DNA of 64,000 nucleotides from an uncultured Gammaproteobacteria bacterium (GTDB taxonomy: Bacteria > Pseudomonadota > Gammaproteobacteria > DRLM01), in contig CAVSNY010000007.1 in NCBI GenBank assembly GCA_963729605.1, positions 1,248,001 through 1,312,000 of the forward strand, in the 5' to 3' direction. The notes under the pieces are model-generated. The model was given only the letters and a program-made list of their open reading frames with translations, did not search any database and was not told where the DNA came from. The position numbers and the translations under genes were made by a program. Positions 9,940 through 19,564 of the stretch are shown one piece after another (positions within the stretch are counted from its first letter, which is position 1; the number at the start of each line of letters is the position of its first letter).

Positions 9940-11085
9940 ATGGATCTGGCCGTCAAAGACTACGCCGCGGAGCTGCGCAATACGCGCGCCTCTCCTTGCC
10001 TGTCGCTTTATCAGCCGACTCACCGGCATTTCCCGGACAACCGGCAGGATCCCATTCGTTTCCGCAATCTCGTCAAGCAGCTCAGGACCTCGTTGCAGGA
10101 GCAGTTCCCCAAACAAGAAGCCGAACCGCTGCTGGAGCAGTTCGATGCCTTGGCCGAGGATCAGAAATTCTGGAACTGCACCTGGGACGGTCTGGCGGTG
10201 CTGGGAGCGCGGGAGTTTTTTCAGGTATACAAGCTCCAGCGCCCGGTGCCCGAACGGGCGGTCGTGGCGCACAGCTTTCATACCAAGCCTTTGCTGCGCA
10301 TCTGGCAATCCGCCGATCGCTACCAGGTCCTTGCGCTGAGCAGAAGCGAAGTCAAGCTCTTTGAAGGCAATCGCGATGCGCTGGATGCGGTGGAGCTCGC
10401 GCCGGGCGTTCCTCGCACGCTGGAGGACGCCCTGGGCGAGGAGGTGACGGAACCTTATCTCTCCTTCTCCTCGCATCGTGGCGGCGCGGGCGGGAAAATC
10501 TTCCACGGCCACGGCTCGAAAAAAGATGAAGTGGACCTGGACGTAGAACGATTCTTTCGCGCCGTCGATCGCGCCATCCTGGAACATCATTCGCGGCCTT
10601 CGGGCCTGCCCCTCATCCTGGCGGCCTTGCCGGAACACCACGGTCTTTTTCGTCAGATCACGCACAATCCTTTTCTCCTCGCGCAGACCATCGACGTCCA
10701 TCCCGACGCCATGTCGAACGACGCTTTGCGCGAGCGGGCATGGCGCGCCGTCGAGCCCTATTACCTTGCGCGCCTGGGCAGGCTGGTGGATGAGTTCCAG
10801 GAGGCGCGCTCCAAGGGACTGGGCAGCGAGGATTTGACGCAGATCGCCGATGCAGCGGCGACGGGGCGCCTGCGAACGCTGCTCATCGATGCCGACCGGG
10901 TGATCCCCGGCACGATAGACCCCGCCACCGGAGATTTGGAAATGCGCGACATGAGTCACCCGGAGGTGGACGACGTGCTGGACGATCTGGGCGAAATGGC
11001 GCTGGGCAAGGGCGGCGACGTGGTCATCGTGCCCGCCGCGCGCATGCCGACGCAATCGGGGGCCGCGGCGATCTACCGCTATTGA
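9940..11085 (+). CDS. Bacterial archaeo-eukaryotic release factor family protein (baeRF3-like)
   Basis: PCLSLYQPTHR..P...QDPIRFRNL, FHTKPLLR, FHGHGSKKDE..D.ERFFRAVD, C-terminal DDVLDDL.E.AL.KGG.V...MPT.SGAAAIYRY. Confidence 0.8.
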   Translation: MDLAVKDYAAELRNTRASPCLSLYQPTHRHFPDNRQDPIRFRNLVKQLRTSLQEQFPKQEAEPLLEQFDALAEDQKFWNCTWDGLAVLGAREFFQVYKLQRPVPERAVVAHSFHTKPLLRIWQSADRYQVLALSRSEVKLFEGNRDALDAVELAPGVPRTLEDALGEEVTEPYLSFSSHRGGAGGKIFHGHGSKKDEVDLDVERFFRAVDRAILEHHSRPSGLPLILAALPEHHGLFRQITHNPFLLAQTIDVHPDAMSNDALRERAWRAVEPYYLARLGRLVDEFQEARSKGLGSEDLTQIADAAATGRLRTLLIDADRVIPGTIDPATGDLEMRDMSHPEVDDVLDDLGEMALGKGGDVVIVPAARMPTQSGAAAIYRY

Positions 11086-11178
11086 GCAATGAAAGTATCG
11101 GACGCGCGGGATGCGACGCACTTTCGCACGCGCAAAGAGTCTGAACACCAGAGCGCAACTTACAAGGGAGTATTGGAA

Positions 11179-11493
11179 ATGCTCGTTCAGATGAACACGG
11201 ACAAGCACGTGGAGGGCCGCGACGCCCTGGCGCGGGAAGTCGAGGCCAAGGTCATGGACGCGCTGGAGCGCTTCGGCGAGCGAATCACGCGGGTGGAGGT
11301 TTATTTCAGCGACGTGAACAGCGACAAGGGCGGCAGCGACGACAAGCGCTGCGTCTTGGAAGCGCGGCCCAAAGGGCTGGACCCCATCGCCGCCACGCAT
11401 CAGGCGCCGACACTGGAGCTGGCCTTGAACGGCGCGACCGCAAAACTCAAGCGTGCGCTGGACAGCACCTTCGGCAAGCTCAGTGAGCACTGA
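11179..11493 (+). CDS. HPF/RaiA-family ribosome-associated protein
   Basis: MLVQMNTDKHVEG...RITRVEVYFSDVN.DKGG.DDKRC.LEARP. Confidence 0.85.
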   Translation: MLVQMNTDKHVEGRDALAREVEAKVMDALERFGERITRVEVYFSDVNSDKGGSDDKRCVLEARPKGLDPIAATHQAPTLELALNGATAKLKRALDSTFGKLSEH

Positions 11494-11614
11494 GGCGCGA
11501 CCGCCCCTCAGGGCCAGACCAGATGATATACGGCAAGTCCCGAGGTGAACGCCGTCGCGAGGAACAGGAGAAGTGGGTGATGCGGCGCGGGCGGGTCAAT
11601 CACGGAGGACGGCA

Positions 11615-12124
11615 ATGAGTTTCCGATTGGATCGGCATATGGCCGCGGCCTTGGTTTTGCGCATCGCCCTGTTCGCTGCGTTGTGGTGGATAGTCACGGA
11701 AGGGGCGGCGGGCGCGTGGGTGCTGGGTGCGCCGGCGGTGTTGCTGGCGGCTGCCGTCAGCATCGCGCTGCTGCCTCCCACTTCTCTGGTTTGGTCCGAA
11801 CTGTTGCGCTTCGTGCCCTTTTTTCTTGCGCACTCGCTGCAGGGCGGCATCGACGTGGCCCGGCGCGCCCTGCATCCCGCCCTGCCCATCGCCCCGGGGT
11901 TTGTGGACTATCCGCTGCGGTTGCCGCCGGGACTGCCGCGGGTGATCATGATCAACACCATGGTTTTGTTGCCGGGTACCCTGAGTGTTGAGGTCGTGGA
12001 AAATCGTTTGACCGTGCATGTGCTCGATGAGCGGAAGGACTACCTGGCCGAGTTCGAAACGGTGGAAAGCCGTGTGGCGCGCCTGTTCGCCATTCTGCTG
12101 CCGATTGCCGAAGGAGGTAACTGA
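11615..12124 (+). CDS. mnhE: Mrp/Mnh antiporter subunit E
   Basis: Hydrophobic N-terminus, GGIDVARRAL.P, LLPGTLSV, L.VHVLD. Confidence 0.85.
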   Translation: MSFRLDRHMAAALVLRIALFAALWWIVTEGAAGAWVLGAPAVLLAAAVSIALLPPTSLVWSELLRFVPFFLAHSLQGGIDVARRALHPALPIAPGFVDYPLRLPPGLPRVIMINTMVLLPGTLSVEVVENRLTVHVLDERKDYLAEFETVESRVARLFAILLPIAEGGN

Positions 12125-12125
12125 G

Positions 12126-13106
12126 ATGAAATGGTTTAAGAACATTCTTTGCGTGATTGATCCAGAAAAAACGCCGTCAACCACTTTGGCGCGTGCCGTG
12201 AGGCTGGCGGAAAACAATCAGGCCGATCTGACGGTCGTCGATGTCGCCGAGCGGGTTGTGCCCGTGACCGGGATGGCGGAGGGCGACGCGATCTTCGCCG
12301 ATCTGCCGCAGGCGCTGGTGGAGGAACATGCGCAAGGATTGGCGGCCCTGGTCGAGCCTTACCGCAAGCGTGTCGCTATCCGGAGCAAGGTGTTGACCGG
12401 CACGCCTTTCCTGGAAATCATCCGCGAAGTGCTGCGCGGCAAGCACGATCTGGTGATCAAGATTCCCGAGCAACAGAATTGGTTACGGCGCTTACTCGGC
12501 AGCGATGATATGCACCTGCTGCGCAAGTGTCCCTGCCCGGTCTGGTTGATCAGGCCCGGCGAGCCGAGTAACTATCAACGCATCATGGCGGCGGTCGATG
12601 TCGACGATACCCACCCGCCGGCGGAACTGGCAACGCGGCATGCCCTGAATCGCCAGACGCTGGAGTTGGCGCTGTCCCTGGCGCTGTCCGACTTCGCCGA
12701 GTTGCATGTGGTGCATGTTTGGAATGCGATCGGCGAGGGCACTATGCGCGGGGCGTTCATGCGCAAACCGGAGGACGAGATCGTCGCCTACGTGGAACAG
12801 GTAGGGCGGCATCACGCGGACCGGCTCGATGCGCTCATGCGCGAGGTGACGGGTCAGCTTGGTGCGGACGCGCTGAATTATCTCAAACCTCACGTGCATC
12901 TGGTGAAGGGTGATGCGCGCACGGGGATTCCGGAGCTGGCCATGCATCTCGCGGTCGATCTCATCGTCATGGGGACCGTGGCCCGCACCGGCATTCCCGG
13001 GTTCGTCATGGGCAACACCGCCGAGACCATTCTCAACCAGATCGAATGCTCGGTGCTCGCCGTCAAGCCGCCCGGTTTCATCACACCCGTTACCCTGGAG
13101 GCATGA
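12126..13106 (+). CDS. Universal stress protein (tandem USP), embedded in the mnh operon
   Basis: FKNILCV, LLGSDDMHLLRKCPCPVW, DLIVMGTVARTGIPGFVMGNTAE; RBS GGAGG. Confidence 0.93.
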   Translation: MKWFKNILCVIDPEKTPSTTLARAVRLAENNQADLTVVDVAERVVPVTGMAEGDAIFADLPQALVEEHAQGLAALVEPYRKRVAIRSKVLTGTPFLEIIREVLRGKHDLVIKIPEQQNWLRRLLGSDDMHLLRKCPCPVWLIRPGEPSNYQRIMAAVDVDDTHPPAELATRHALNRQTLELALSLALSDFAELHVVHVWNAIGEGTMRGAFMRKPEDEIVAYVEQVGRHHADRLDALMREVTGQLGADALNYLKPHVHLVKGDARTGIPELAMHLAVDLIVMGTVARTGIPGFVMGNTAETILNQIECSVLAVKPPGFITPVTLEA

Positions 13107-13110
13107 GCCG

Positions 13111-13389
13111 GTGCAAGTGATCTATTTGTCGTTGGTCCTATTTCTGTTGCTGAACCTCGCCGCCGGAATGTGGCGGGTGCTGCGCGGGCCGACCGCCGCG
13201 GATCGCATGCTGGCCGCGCAATTGTTCGGCACCACGGCGGTGGCCGTGCTGTTGTTGCTGGCGCAGGCCGGTGACGCTGCCGCCCTGCGCGATGTGGCGC
13301 TGGTCTTCGCGCTGCTGGCGGCGGTGACGGCGGTGGCCTTCGTGCGGCGCGCCTGGCCGGAACAGGAGGTGCGGCGTGACGCTGATTGA
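13111..13389 (+). CDS. mnhF: Mrp/Mnh antiporter subunit F
   Basis: RVLRGPTAADRMLAAQLFGT; GTG start after GGAGG. Confidence 0.88.
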   Translation: MQVIYLSLVLFLLLNLAAGMWRVLRGPTAADRMLAAQLFGTTAVAVLLLLAQAGDAAALRDVALVFALLAAVTAVAFVRRAWPEQEVRRDAD

Positions 13390-13675
13390 TTACCTGGCCT
13401 TCGGGCTCCTCATCGGCGGCGCTGTCTTTTTTCTGGCCGGTACCGTCGGTCTGTTGCGCTTTCCCGATACCTATTGCCGGCTGCATGCCCTGACCAAGGC
13501 CGACAACGTGGGGCTGGGCCTGACGGTGGCGGGACTCGCCGTGCAGGCGGAATCCTGGGCGGTGGCGGGAAAGCTGCTGTTGATCTGGCTGCTGGTGTTG
13601 TTCGCCGGGGCCAGCGTGTCATATCTGATTGCGCAGGGGGCGCTGCAGCGTGGGATACGTCCATGGCAGCGCTGA
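13376..13675 (+). CDS. mnhG: Mrp/Mnh antiporter subunit G
   Basis: GTVGLLRFPDTYCRLHALTKADNVG. Confidence 0.9.
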   Translation: MTLIDYLAFGLLIGGAVFFLAGTVGLLRFPDTYCRLHALTKADNVGLGLTVAGLAVQAESWAVAGKLLLIWLLVLFAGASVSYLIAQGALQRGIRPWQR

Positions 13676-14600
13676 CGGCCGGGGCGATCGACGCCCTGCT
13701 GGCCCTGGCACTGGTGGGACTGGCCTGGAGGGTGCTCGCCAGTGCGGACCTGTTCAAGGCCATCGTCTTGTTTATTGCCTTCGGACTAGTGATGGCTCTG
13801 GCCTGGGTACGGCTGGAGGCGCCGGACATCGCCCTGGCCGAGGCGGCCATCGGCGCCGGCCTGACCGGTGCCCGTTGTTGACCGCGGCCTCGAAATTGCG
13901 CGCCACACAGGCGGGGGTCGCAGCCGCCGGTAGCGCGCGCGGCATCCGATCCATTCCATTCTTGATCGTGATGCTGTTCCTCGCCGCCGGCCTGGGTTAC
14001 GTGGTGTCGTCGCTGCCGCCCAACGCCACCGGACTGAGCGGCGACGTCGCCGCGAATCTCGACGTCAGCGGGGTGAGCAACCCGGTGACCGCGGTGCTGC
14101 TCAATTTCCGCGGCTACGACACCCTGCTAGAGGTGATCGTGTTATTGCTGGCGCTGCTGGGCGTATGGTCACTGGGTGGCACGGCCGCGCGCCGCGAGTC
14201 CCATCCAAGTGCAGTATTGGATATCCTGTCGCGTTTCTTGGCGCCGTTGTTGATCCTGATCGCCGTTTACCTGTTGTGGGCTGGTGCCCATGCGCCAGGC
14301 GGCGCCTTTCAGGCGGGCGCGGTACTCGCCGCCGCCGGGGTGCTGTTGCTGTTGGCGGGTTGGCGGATGCCCGCCGCGCTGGGGGCGCAACCCATGAGGC
14401 GGGTGTTGGTGCTGGGGCCGGCTGTCTTCCTAGTATTGGCCGTGATCACCCTGCTGCTTGAAGGCCGCTTGCTGCAATTTCCCCCGGCGTGGGCCGGATG
14501 GCTGATTCTGATGATTGAAACCGCGGCGACGGTCTCCATCGCGGTCACCCTGGCGGCACTGTTTCTGGGCACCCCACCCGGGGACGAGGAGCGGCAATGA
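13663..14600 (+). pseudogene. mnhB: DUF4040 + MnhB fused subunit, frameshifted near 13872 (real or sequencing error)
   Basis: Frame 1 has APDIALAEAAIGAGLTGA; the continuation in another frame has NPVTAVLLNFRGYDTLLE and GAHAPGGAFQAG. One missing base would join them. Confidence 0.8.
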
Positions 14601-14905
14601 ACACCGCCGTTTTCTATGCCGTCGCGGGTGTCGGGCTGTTTTCGCTCGGTCTGCATGCCTTGATTGTGCATGCGCATCTGCTGCGCAAAATCCTGGCGCT
14701 CAATGTGATGGGCAGCGGCGTCTTCCTGGTGCTGGCAGCCTTGGCGAAACATGCCGGCGCCGCCATCCCGGACCCGGTACCCCACGCCATGGTCATCACC
14801 GGTATCGTGGTGGCGGTCGCGGCCACGGCGCTGGCGCTAGTGCTGATGCTCAAGCTGGAGGCGGCGACCGGCCATGCCGAGCTGCCCGGCAAAGAACACG
14901 AGTAG
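14597..14905 (+). CDS. mnhC: Mrp/Mnh antiporter subunit C
   Basis: HLLRKILALNVMGSGVF, DPVPHAMVITGIVV. Confidence 0.92.
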   Translation: MNTAVFYAVAGVGLFSLGLHALIVHAHLLRKILALNVMGSGVFLVLAALAKHAGAAIPDPVPHAMVITGIVVAVAATALALVLMLKLEAATGHAELPGKEHE

Positions 14906-14910
14906 CCTCG

Positions 14911-16368
14911 ATGGCGGCCTGGCTGGAGATCCCGTGGGGCGTCGTGCTGATCGTGCTGCCGCTGGCGGCAGGGATGGCGGCGTTCCTTTGGCCGCGCGCC
15001 GCGCAGCCGCTGGGGTGGACTTGCGTCCTGGCCGTGGCCCTGGCGGTGGCGGGCTTGGGCGCGCAGCTCATGGTCCACGGGGTGTTCCGTCACGCCATTG
15101 GCGGCTGGGGTGCGCCGCTGGGCATCGAACTCTATGCCGACGGCCTGAGCCTGCTGTTGCTCGCCGCGACCGCCGTGGTGGGGCTGGGCGTCAGCGTCTA
15201 TGCCGCGGCGTATTTTAAAGACGAGGCAGCGCACCGGTTCTGGCCCCTCTGGTTGTTTCTGCTGGCGGCGCTGAACGCACTGTTTCTGTCGGCCGATGTG
15301 TTCAATCTGTACGTCACCCTGGAGCTGCTGGGGCTGGCGGCGGTTTCCTTGGCGGCGTTGTCGGGCGGCAGTGCCGCACTGGGCGCGGCGATGCGTTATC
15401 TGCTGGCGATGCTGCTGGGATCGCTTGCCTATTTGCTGGGCGTGGCGCTGCTCTATCACGGTTTCGGCAGCGTGGATATCGCGACACTGGCTGGGCGGAT
15501 GACGCCGGTGCCGGCGGCCTGGGCGGCGCTGGGCTTGATGAGCGCTGGCTTGATACTGAAGACGGCGCTGTTTCCCTTGCACTTCTGGTTGCCACCGACC
15601 CACGCCAGCGCCCCGGCGCCGGTGAGCGCCTTGCTCTCGGCATTGGTGGTCAAGGCTTCCTTTTATATTCTGCTGCGCCTATGGATCACGCTCTTCGGCC
15701 CACTCACCGGCGAAGGCGTGGCCGCGTTATTTGGCCTACTGGGCGCCGCGGCGGTGCTGTGGGGCTCCGTGCAGGCCTTGCGCCAGACCCGACTGAAGAT
15801 GCTGGTGGCCTATTCGACGGTAGCGCAGATCGGTTACCTGTTTCTGGCCTTTCCGTTGGCCGCCGCTGCCGCGGTGACGGCCTGGAACGCGGCTGCGGTC
15901 CTGGTGCTGTCCCACGCCCTGGCCAAGTCAGCGATGTTTCTGGCGGCGGGCAATCTGCTGCACTTCGGCGGCCACGATCGCATCGCGGACCTCGATCGCG
16001 TGGTGCAGCGTCTGCCGCTCAGCGCCTTCGCCTTCGCTTTGGCCGGGGTGAGCCTCATGGGCTTGCCGCCCAGCGGCGGTTTCATCGGCAAGTGGCTGCT
16101 GCTAGAGGCGGCGCTGGCGCAGGGACGCTGGGACCTGGCGGCGGTGATGCTCCTCGGTGGTCTGCTCGCCGCGGCCTATGTGTTCAAGGTGCTGGGGCAT
16201 GCCTTCACCCAGGCCGATGTGACGCATGAGCCCAGGGCGGTTCCCGCGCGCATGGAGTGGGCGGCGTTAGTGCTGGCGTGCGGCGCCATTCTGCTGGGCT
16301 TTGTGGCCACGCCGTTGCTGTCCCTACTGGAGATCGGCGCGCCGTTTGGTAGCGGGGAGGGACCGTGA
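14911..16368 (+). CDS. mnhD: Mrp/Mnh subunit D-like proton-conducting membrane transporter
   Basis: GGWGAPLGIEL.ADGL, D.FNLYV.LE, KTALFPLHFWLP..HA.APAPVSALLS. Confidence 0.9.
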   Translation: MAAWLEIPWGVVLIVLPLAAGMAAFLWPRAAQPLGWTCVLAVALAVAGLGAQLMVHGVFRHAIGGWGAPLGIELYADGLSLLLLAATAVVGLGVSVYAAAYFKDEAAHRFWPLWLFLLAALNALFLSADVFNLYVTLELLGLAAVSLAALSGGSAALGAAMRYLLAMLLGSLAYLLGVALLYHGFGSVDIATLAGRMTPVPAAWAALGLMSAGLILKTALFPLHFWLPPTHASAPAPVSALLSALVVKASFYILLRLWITLFGPLTGEGVAALFGLLGAAAVLWGSVQALRQTRLKMLVAYSTVAQIGYLFLAFPLAAAAAVTAWNAAAVLVLSHALAKSAMFLAAGNLLHFGGHDRIADLDRVVQRLPLSAFAFALAGVSLMGLPPSGGFIGKWLLLEAALAQGRWDLAAVMLLGGLLAAAYVFKVLGHAFTQADVTHEPRAVPARMEWAALVLACGAILLGFVATPLLSLLEIGAPFGSGEGP

Positions 16369-17876
16369 ACTGGGATGCCTGGCTGCCGCTGCTGGTAGTG
16401 CTGAGCTCGCTGCTGCCGGGGCTGTTCATCTTTGTGTTGCCCGAGGAAAGGGTAGGCCTGCGCACCGCGCTCAACGTAACCGGTGCCGTTGCCAAATTGT
16501 TGCTCGTGGGGTGGATGCTGTGGGGCGTCGCGCAGGGGCATCACTACGAGGCGCGGTTGCCGTTGCTGCCGGATATCGAACTGGTGTTGCGGGCCGATCC
16601 GCTGGCCCTGTTGTTCGTCACCCTGTCGGCGCTGCTGTGGCTGCTGACCACCATTTATGCCATCGGTTACCTGGAAGGCTCGCCGCATCGCAGCCGCTTC
16701 TTCGGGTTCTTCAGCTTGTGCGTGACCGCGGCCGTCGGCGTGGCGCTGGCTGGCAATCTGCTCACCTTCCTGCTGTTCTATGAATTGTTGACCTTGACCA
16801 CCTATCCGCTGGTGGTGCATCGCGGCACCGAAGCGGCGCGCAAGGCCGGGCAGACCTATCTCGTCTACACTTTGGCCGGCGGCGCCCTGCTGTTGCTGGG
16901 CACGGTGTGGCTTTATACCTTGACCGGCACACTGGAATTCACCGCGCGTGGTTTTCTCCACGCGATGGACGCGGCACATCATCCGTCATTGATCGTCATC
17001 TTTATCCTGCTGATCGCCGGACTGGGTGTGAAGGCGGCGCTGGTGCCGTTGCATGGTTGGTTGCCAAAGGCCATGGTCGCCCCGGCGCCGGTCAGTGCGC
17101 TGTTGCATGCGGTGGCGGTGGTGAAGGCCGGTGCCTTCGGCATCGTGCGAGTCGTTTACGATGTCTACGGCATCGAGTACGCACAGTCGCTCGATCTCCT
17201 GATGCCGCTCGCAGTTATCGCCGCCGTCACCATCATCTGGGGCAGCTTGCGCGCGCTGTTCCAGGACGACCTCAAGAAACGGCTGGCCTACTCCACCGTC
17301 AGTCAGGTTTCCTATATCGCGCTCGGCGTCACCTTGTTCGGTCCTGTTGGTACCATCGGCGGGCTCGTTCATCTGGTGCATCAGGGCATCATGAAGATCA
17401 CGCTGTTCTTCTGCGCCGGCAATTATGCCGAGACACTGGGCATTCACAAGATAAGCGAGATGAACGGCGCAGGACGGCGCATGCCGCTGACCACGCTGGC
17501 GTTCAGCATCGCCGCGCTGGGGATGATGGGCGCGCCGCTGACCGCCGGGGCGGTAAGCAAAGCCTGGCTGATGGATGGTGCGACGGCGGCGGACATGTCT
17601 TGGGTGGTCTGGGTGCTGTGGGCATCGAGCCTGCTCAACGCCGCCTATTTTCTGCCCATCCTGTGGCGAACCTGGTTTCGCCCGATGCCGGGCGCCTGGC
17701 CGGACGAACACCTTCCGGCACGGCCGGGGCGCGAAACCGCCTGGCTGCTGCTCCTGCCTCCTCTGGTGACCGCCGCGGCGATAATGGCGGCCAGTATATT
17801 CGCCACGCTCGAAATTAGCCCACTCGCCTGGGTACAAATGATCGCCGATCGTGAGTACTTCAGGGTCATTCCATGA
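16365..17876 (+). CDS. Second MnhD/MnhA-like membrane subunit
   Basis: FYELLTLTTYPLVVH, KAALVPLHGWLP.AMVAPAPVSALLHAVAVVKAG, KKRLAYSTVSQ. Confidence 0.9.
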   Translation: MNWDAWLPLLVVLSSLLPGLFIFVLPEERVGLRTALNVTGAVAKLLLVGWMLWGVAQGHHYEARLPLLPDIELVLRADPLALLFVTLSALLWLLTTIYAIGYLEGSPHRSRFFGFFSLCVTAAVGVALAGNLLTFLLFYELLTLTTYPLVVHRGTEAARKAGQTYLVYTLAGGALLLLGTVWLYTLTGTLEFTARGFLHAMDAAHHPSLIVIFILLIAGLGVKAALVPLHGWLPKAMVAPAPVSALLHAVAVVKAGAFGIVRVVYDVYGIEYAQSLDLLMPLAVIAAVTIIWGSLRALFQDDLKKRLAYSTVSQVSYIALGVTLFGPVGTIGGLVHLVHQGIMKITLFFCAGNYAETLGIHKISEMNGAGRRMPLTTLAFSIAALGMMGAPLTAGAVSKAWLMDGATAADMSWVVWVLWASSLLNAAYFLPILWRTWFRPMPGAWPDEHLPARPGRETAWLLLLPPLVTAAAIMAASIFATLEISPLAWVQMIADREYFRVIP

Positions 17877-17941
17877 GAGTGAGGCAACGTTTGTTCGAGA
17901 CGGACAACTTGATCAGCATGCACCGCGGGTTTCCTCTGCCT

Positions 17942-18064
17942 GTACTCGATTCACTCAAGGGTTTTTAATCATGGTGTTTTTCGTGGTATCGACGTCATGA
18001 CTAAATATAATTCAGAGAAATTAAAGGTCTTGTCAGGCTTGTTTACAATCGAGTGGGAGTGACC
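17942..18064 (+). repeat. attR-like end: arm region plus 17-bp copy of the guaA 3' end
   Basis: ATCGAGTGGGAGTGACC at 18048-18064; the upstream ~105 bp is clearly homologous to 32442-32546. Confidence 0.8.
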
Positions 18065-18546
18065 GGAAATTACAGGTATTCGGCCTCGCTTTGCGGTGAT
18101 ATGCAAAAGATGTATTTCACATGTATAGTTAATATGTCATCCCAAACTGGCGAGGACGGCCATATGACCGATGAAACCGCGGAACCCCACAAGCCCCAGT
18201 TCGCTTCCGCCCCTGGACAGGCGCGCAAGGCGGCGACCGTCGAAGACGCCATGGGCGCCGCCGTCGAACTGAAGCCCATGGTAGGAGTGGTACGACGCGT
18301 TGCCCGTGAGCGGCGCGCCGCCATCGCCAAGAAGGGTAAGATGGCCTTACCTCCCGAGCAGCGTTAATCCGGCAATAAGCCCAGGGCAAGGTCCCGGCGG
18401 CAACGCCCTGCGGGTGTTTCATAGCCGATGCGCCGTCGGGCGAGGAGGGCGCCGCGCTGCGTTCGGTTCGAGCTGCGACACCCACGCGGAATCCCATTTT
18501 CCAGGTGTGTGAAACGCACGGCCTCTCTCCGCTCGCCTTAAGGGCC

Positions 18547-18576
18547 GTAGGGCGGATGCGTGCAACGCGATCCGCC
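18547..18576 (+). repeat. Single GTAG-type REP
   Basis: GTAG-GGCGGAT-GCGTGCAACGCG-ATCCGCC hairpin. Confidence 0.55.
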
Positions 18577-18679
18577 GGATGGGTTTGTGAATGCAGCCAA
18601 GAACGCGGGCAAAACGCTGGCGGGCGTAGCATGCGCCATGCGTGCGAATAGTGAAGGCGTAGATGCTCAATGAAAGCGG

Positions 18680-18875
18680 TCGTTATCGGTGCCACTACAC
18701 CTTCGCCTACGACGCCACCGACAAGCTGATCAGCAAAACCGATAATCAAAACCAAACCACCGATTTCCAATGTGGCCCGGCCCGCACGCTTGGTGTCCAC
18801 CTGCTACGCCGTGGGTAACCGTCAAATCCACACCGCGGCCGGGCAACTGCGCACGTACCAGCATCTTGCCAATAG
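18680..18875 (+). pseudogene. RHS/YD-repeat gene fragment
   Basis: YTFAYDATDKLISKTDNQNQTTDF, then YAVGNR in a shifted frame. Confidence 0.5.
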
Positions 18876-19036
18876 CCGGATCGGGTGCGTCGGGATCGGC
18901 CATGATCAATGCCAAACACTTGGCAGTTGGCGGAATTCTTGACCAGTTTAGAGGGAAGATAGTCTGGGCCATCACAGGTCGGTGGAATCATGTTCTGATG
19001 TTTAAAAACGGATGAAATAATTTCATGATTTCCATT
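18876..19036 (-). pseudogene. YbhB/YbcL (PEBP) N-terminal fragment
   Basis: SSVFKHQNMIPPTCDG followed, after a frameshift, by PLNWSRIPPTAKCLALIMADPDAPDP. Confidence 0.65.
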
Positions 19037-19326
19037 TCCTTTATTGACCAGGCGGACCGGGACGTTGATGCCGAAGCGAACATGCCGTCGTGCTGACGAA
19101 CTTTCAGAACGGCCATTCATCGAAGACGTTAAGAAAAATATAACCGGTCTTTGGTGCGACGCATGGAAGTGGATTTCTTAATTGCCAAGACAAGCGGCGA
19201 CTATTTTCCCGGCAGCATCGATAAGGTTACAGGTACGCGGGACTAGGCTAGTATAAAAAGCGGCATGGTTGACTGTTGCTGCGACAACAACCTAGCGCTG
19301 GCCCCAATTACAGGGAGCTCGATCCG

Positions 19327-19445
19327 ATGCCTCACAAAAAGCCTATTTCGTTCTCCTGCGCGCGAGAAGATATTGCGCGGCGTAACCGCGCTGGCCGACG
19401 CGGTGCGTTTTACTCCCGGTCCCAAATTCCAATCGGTGCTTATCC
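19327..19445 (+). pseudogene. GroEL N-terminal fragment
   Basis: MPHK / LFRSPAREKILRGVTALADAVRFTPGPK..SVLI matches the GroEL start AREK.LRGV.ALADAV.VTLGPK. Confidence 0.65.
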
Positions 19446-19564
19446 GAGTGACGGGAGATATAACGCCGGGCGGATCAAGTTAAAATCTTTTACTACGGGC
19501 ATGAATTGATGTTCACTTTCGCGAACCGTCATCTCGGTAAGAGATGGGTCATTAACAGCGTAAA

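Noticed and set aside
18134-18367. Short ORF just after the att core at 18048
   Set aside because: No integrase, excisionase or AlpA motif recognisable; unsupported
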